Positions 61,750-64,000 of a stretch of 64,000 bases of DNA are shown here, piece after piece. The notes below the pieces were generated by a model. It saw only the letters and a program-made list of their open reading frames with translations, had not been told where the DNA came from and searched no databases. Source of the DNA: an uncultured bacterium (GTDB lineage: Bacteria > Desulfobacterota_D > UBA1144 > Nemesobacterales > UBA2774); the NCBI GenBank assembly GCA_963825135.1, contig CAWGRW010000009.1, forward strand, positions 1,440,001 through 1,504,000, read 5' to 3'. The translations under genes and the position numbers were made by a program. Position 1 is the first letter of the stretch. The number at the start of each line of letters is the position of its first letter.

Positions 61750-63314
61750 GCGTTTTTTGGTCTCCCCCACCCGCCCCCGCCGGGCGTCCTGATTTCGAGC
61801 ACGTCCCCTTTGCTTACCGCGAACGTTGACTTGGGAGGTATAACGGATGATTTCCCCTTTCTCAAGAGGGTGTTCCTGCCTCTCATTCCCCGCCCTCCGC
61901 CTTTAATGCCGTAAGGCGCCGATTTCCTGCGCTCGGTTATGAGAGAAACGGTCGCGTCCGTGAGGAACCTGTACTTCCTGACGATGCCGTCTCCCCCCCT
62001 GAACCTTCCGCCGCCTCCGCTGTTTTTACGTATGGAATACGCATCTATCATGACGGGGAGCTCCCTCTCGAGCGCCTCAATCGGGGTATTGAGTGTATTG
62101 GTCATATGCGTCTGGACGGCGCTCACGCCGTCCTTCCCGTACCTCCCGCCCATGCCGCCCGCGATGGTTTCGTAGTAGGCGAAGTTCCTGCCGTTCCCGG
62201 GGTTCACCCCCCCGAACGTCGTATTGCTCATGGTGCCCGCGCTCGCCGCCTGGATCTTTTCGGGGACGGCTTTTGAAAGCGCTCCGAACACAATATCGAC
62301 GACGCGCTGCGAGGTCTCTACGTTTCCCCCGACTACCGCCGCCGGGAATTCGGCATTTAATATGGAGCCCTTTTCAGCTTTGATATCTATTACCCTCAGC
62401 GGCCCCGAGTTAAGCGGCATGCCTTCCGGGGCAATGCACTGAAATGCATATACAGTAGCTGCTGTCGTCACGCTGAAGGGTGCGTTCAAACAGCCCTTCA
62501 CCTTCTCGGACGACCCTCTGAAATCCACGACCGCTTTTTCTCCTTTAATGCTTACGGAAACCCTTAGAGGTATATTCCTGGTCCCCGCCCCGTCGTCGTC
62601 GAGGACGTCTTCGAACGTATAAACCCCGTCGGGAATATTGTCGATAACATTCCTCATCATTTTTTCGCTGTACCCGAGGAGCCCCTCAGCCGCTTCTTTT
62701 ATCTTTTTTAGCGAGTACTTCGCGGTGACTTCCTTTAACCTTCTTATCCCGAGTTCGAGCGAGCCTGACTGCGCCCTCAGGTCTCCTTCCCTTTCTTCCG
62801 GGTCGCGCGAAGCGGACAGGATGCCTTCAAAGAGAGACCGGTTCAGCTTCCCTTTCTTATATAGTCTCGACGGGGGGATCAAAATCCCTTCTTCGTGTAT
62901 CGATGTGGACAGCGGCATCGAGCCCGGCGTGAGGCCCCCCATGTCCGCGTGGTGGGCGCGTGAGGCGACGAAGAATTCAAGCGTGCCGTTTACCATTACC
63001 GGCGCTATGCATGTGACGTCGGGCAGGTGTGTCCCGCCCCTGAATGGGTCGTTAAGTATGAAGACGTCTCCCTCCGCTATCCCCGGCTCTCCGATAATCG
63101 CTTTCACCGCGAAGCTCATCGAGCCCAGGTGTACGGGGATGTGCGCCGCCTGCGCGATCATTTCCCCCGTGGCTTTGAATATCGCGCAGGACAGGTCTCT
63201 CCGCTCCTTTATATTGGGCGAGAACCCGGCGCGTATGAGGACGACCCCCATTTCCTCGGCGATCGAGCTGAGCGCGTTCTGAAATATTTCGAGTTCGAAT
63301 GGGCTAAGGGGCAT
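61746..63314 (-). CDS. Hydantoinase B / 5-oxoprolinase subunit
   Basis: SPNIKERRDLSCA, HIPVHLG, NDPFRGGTHLPD, HHADMGG, GGNVETSQR, YYETIAGG, HMTNT, TPGGGGWG. Confidence 0.95.
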   Translation of the reverse strand: MPLSPFELEIFQNALSSIAEEMGVVLIRAGFSPNIKERRDLSCAIFKATGEMIAQAAHIPVHLGSMSFAVKAIIGEPGIAEGDVFILNDPFRGGTHLPDVTCIAPVMVNGTLEFFVASRAHHADMGGLTPGSMPLSTSIHEEGILIPPSRLYKKGKLNRSLFEGILSASRDPEEREGDLRAQSGSLELGIRRLKEVTAKYSLKKIKEAAEGLLGYSEKMMRNVIDNIPDGVYTFEDVLDDDGAGTRNIPLRVSVSIKGEKAVVDFRGSSEKVKGCLNAPFSVTTAATVYAFQCIAPEGMPLNSGPLRVIDIKAEKGSILNAEFPAAVVGGNVETSQRVVDIVFGALSKAVPEKIQAASAGTMSNTTFGGVNPGNGRNFAYYETIAGGMGGRYGKDGVSAVQTHMTNTLNTPIEALERELPVMIDAYSIRKNSGGGGRFRGGDGIVRKYRFLTDATVSLITERRKSAPYGIKGGGRGMRGRNTLLRKGKSSVIPPKSTFAVSKGDVLEIRTPGGGGWGRPKNA

Positions 63315-63377
63315 CGGATTAGCTCTCCGCTGCTTTTCCCGGCAGCGGTTGCGGGTCTGTGGCCGAAGAGCCGATTG

Positions 63378-63839
63378 TTATTCCGGCTGGGGCGCGGAAG
63401 GCGTCATGGTTTCCAGGTTCGAGTATCTGCATAGCTCGGAGGCGTAGTACCTTACCCGGGTGCTTTCCCCGAGATCTGCCTTCGGGCTTCCCGGAATGAT
63501 GTGACTGCCGTTCTTGCATTCCTGCGCGACCTTTAGAAACGGCACCGGCGCAAGGTCGCCCGGTCCGTATTTGCCCTTTATGTTCTTTTCTACTTTCACG
63601 GTAGCGTTACATTTCGACACCGTCTCGGGAATAAAATCCGCTGCGCCTTCGTCGGACGCTCTGCATTCTCCCGAATCGTAAGGCTTCCCGCATTCGATTT
63701 TCACGACCGTCCCCTCGACTGCGTAATCGGAGCTATTGAGGAGATCCTCCCGGGAGCAAGGGGGCGGGATAGCGCGGACGCTTACCGCTCCGATAGCGAA
63801 TAAAGTAAAAATGAGTGGTATTATTAACTTGTTTTTCAC
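63378..63839 (-). CDS. Exported Cys-rich hypothetical protein (TIMP/NTR-like pattern)
   Basis: Signal peptide, PPPCSREDLLNSSDYAVEGTV, VKVEKNIKG, six Cys; GTG start. Confidence 0.7.
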   Translation of the reverse strand: MKNKLIIPLIFTLFAIGAVSVRAIPPPCSREDLLNSSDYAVEGTVVKIECGKPYDSGECRASDEGAADFIPETVSKCNATVKVEKNIKGKYGPGDLAPVPFLKVAQECKNGSHIIPGSPKADLGESTRVRYYASELCRYSNLETMTPSAPQPE

Positions 63840-63930
63840 CCTGATTATACTAATGTATTGTGCTTTTATTCGTTGTCAAACGAAATCTTCAAAGCGGAGA
63901 AATTTGGCATGCAAGGGGACGATAAATAGA

Positions 63931-64000
63931 ATGAAAATTCTGGTTACGGGGGCCGCCGGGTTTATAGGGTCTCACCTTGCCGAGAGGCTTGTTAAAGAAG
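63931..64000 (+). CDS. NAD-dependent epimerase/dehydratase, N-terminus only
   Basis: MKILVTGAAGFIGSHLAERL Rossmann motif; runs off the window end. Confidence 0.9.
   Translation, partial: MKILVTGAAGFIGSHLAERLVKE

Overview
A gene-dense, mostly housekeeping 64-kb bacterial chromosome segment from a diderm with deltaproteobacterial-type gene content (Dadabacteria-like is only a guess). I saw no rRNA, tRNA, integrase, transposase, prophage or CRISPR array. Core genes include tsaD, thiC, amtB, arfB, ruvX, trxA, glnD-nadB-nadC-nadA, ggt, rho, yebC-ruvCAB, tolQRA, argS, carB-greA and birA. Highlights: (1) a complete c-di-GMP-I (GEMM-I) riboswitch with a readable translational expression platform, in front of a secreted PQQ-type sugar-dehydrogenase propeller with a Pro/Thr stalk and an uncharacterised C-terminal module; (2) two tandem paralogous type IV pilins, each with its own sigma54 promoter and the same TGACA-N5-TGTCA palindrome, followed by a PilH/PilI-like ABC transporter and a TPR protein with two pseudopilin-like repeats; (3) an AsmA/YdbH-like bridge protein next to a YnbE-YdbL-like fusion lipoprotein; (4) a hydantoinase-B / MEMO1 (RRE-like N-terminal domain) / dipeptidase operon; (5) smaller oddities: a LITAF-like zinc micro-protein, a gene that seems to start at ATT, a one-base frameshift, several apparently leaderless genes and a multibranch structured intergenic element. 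All family calls come from motif recognition by eye, not database searches.
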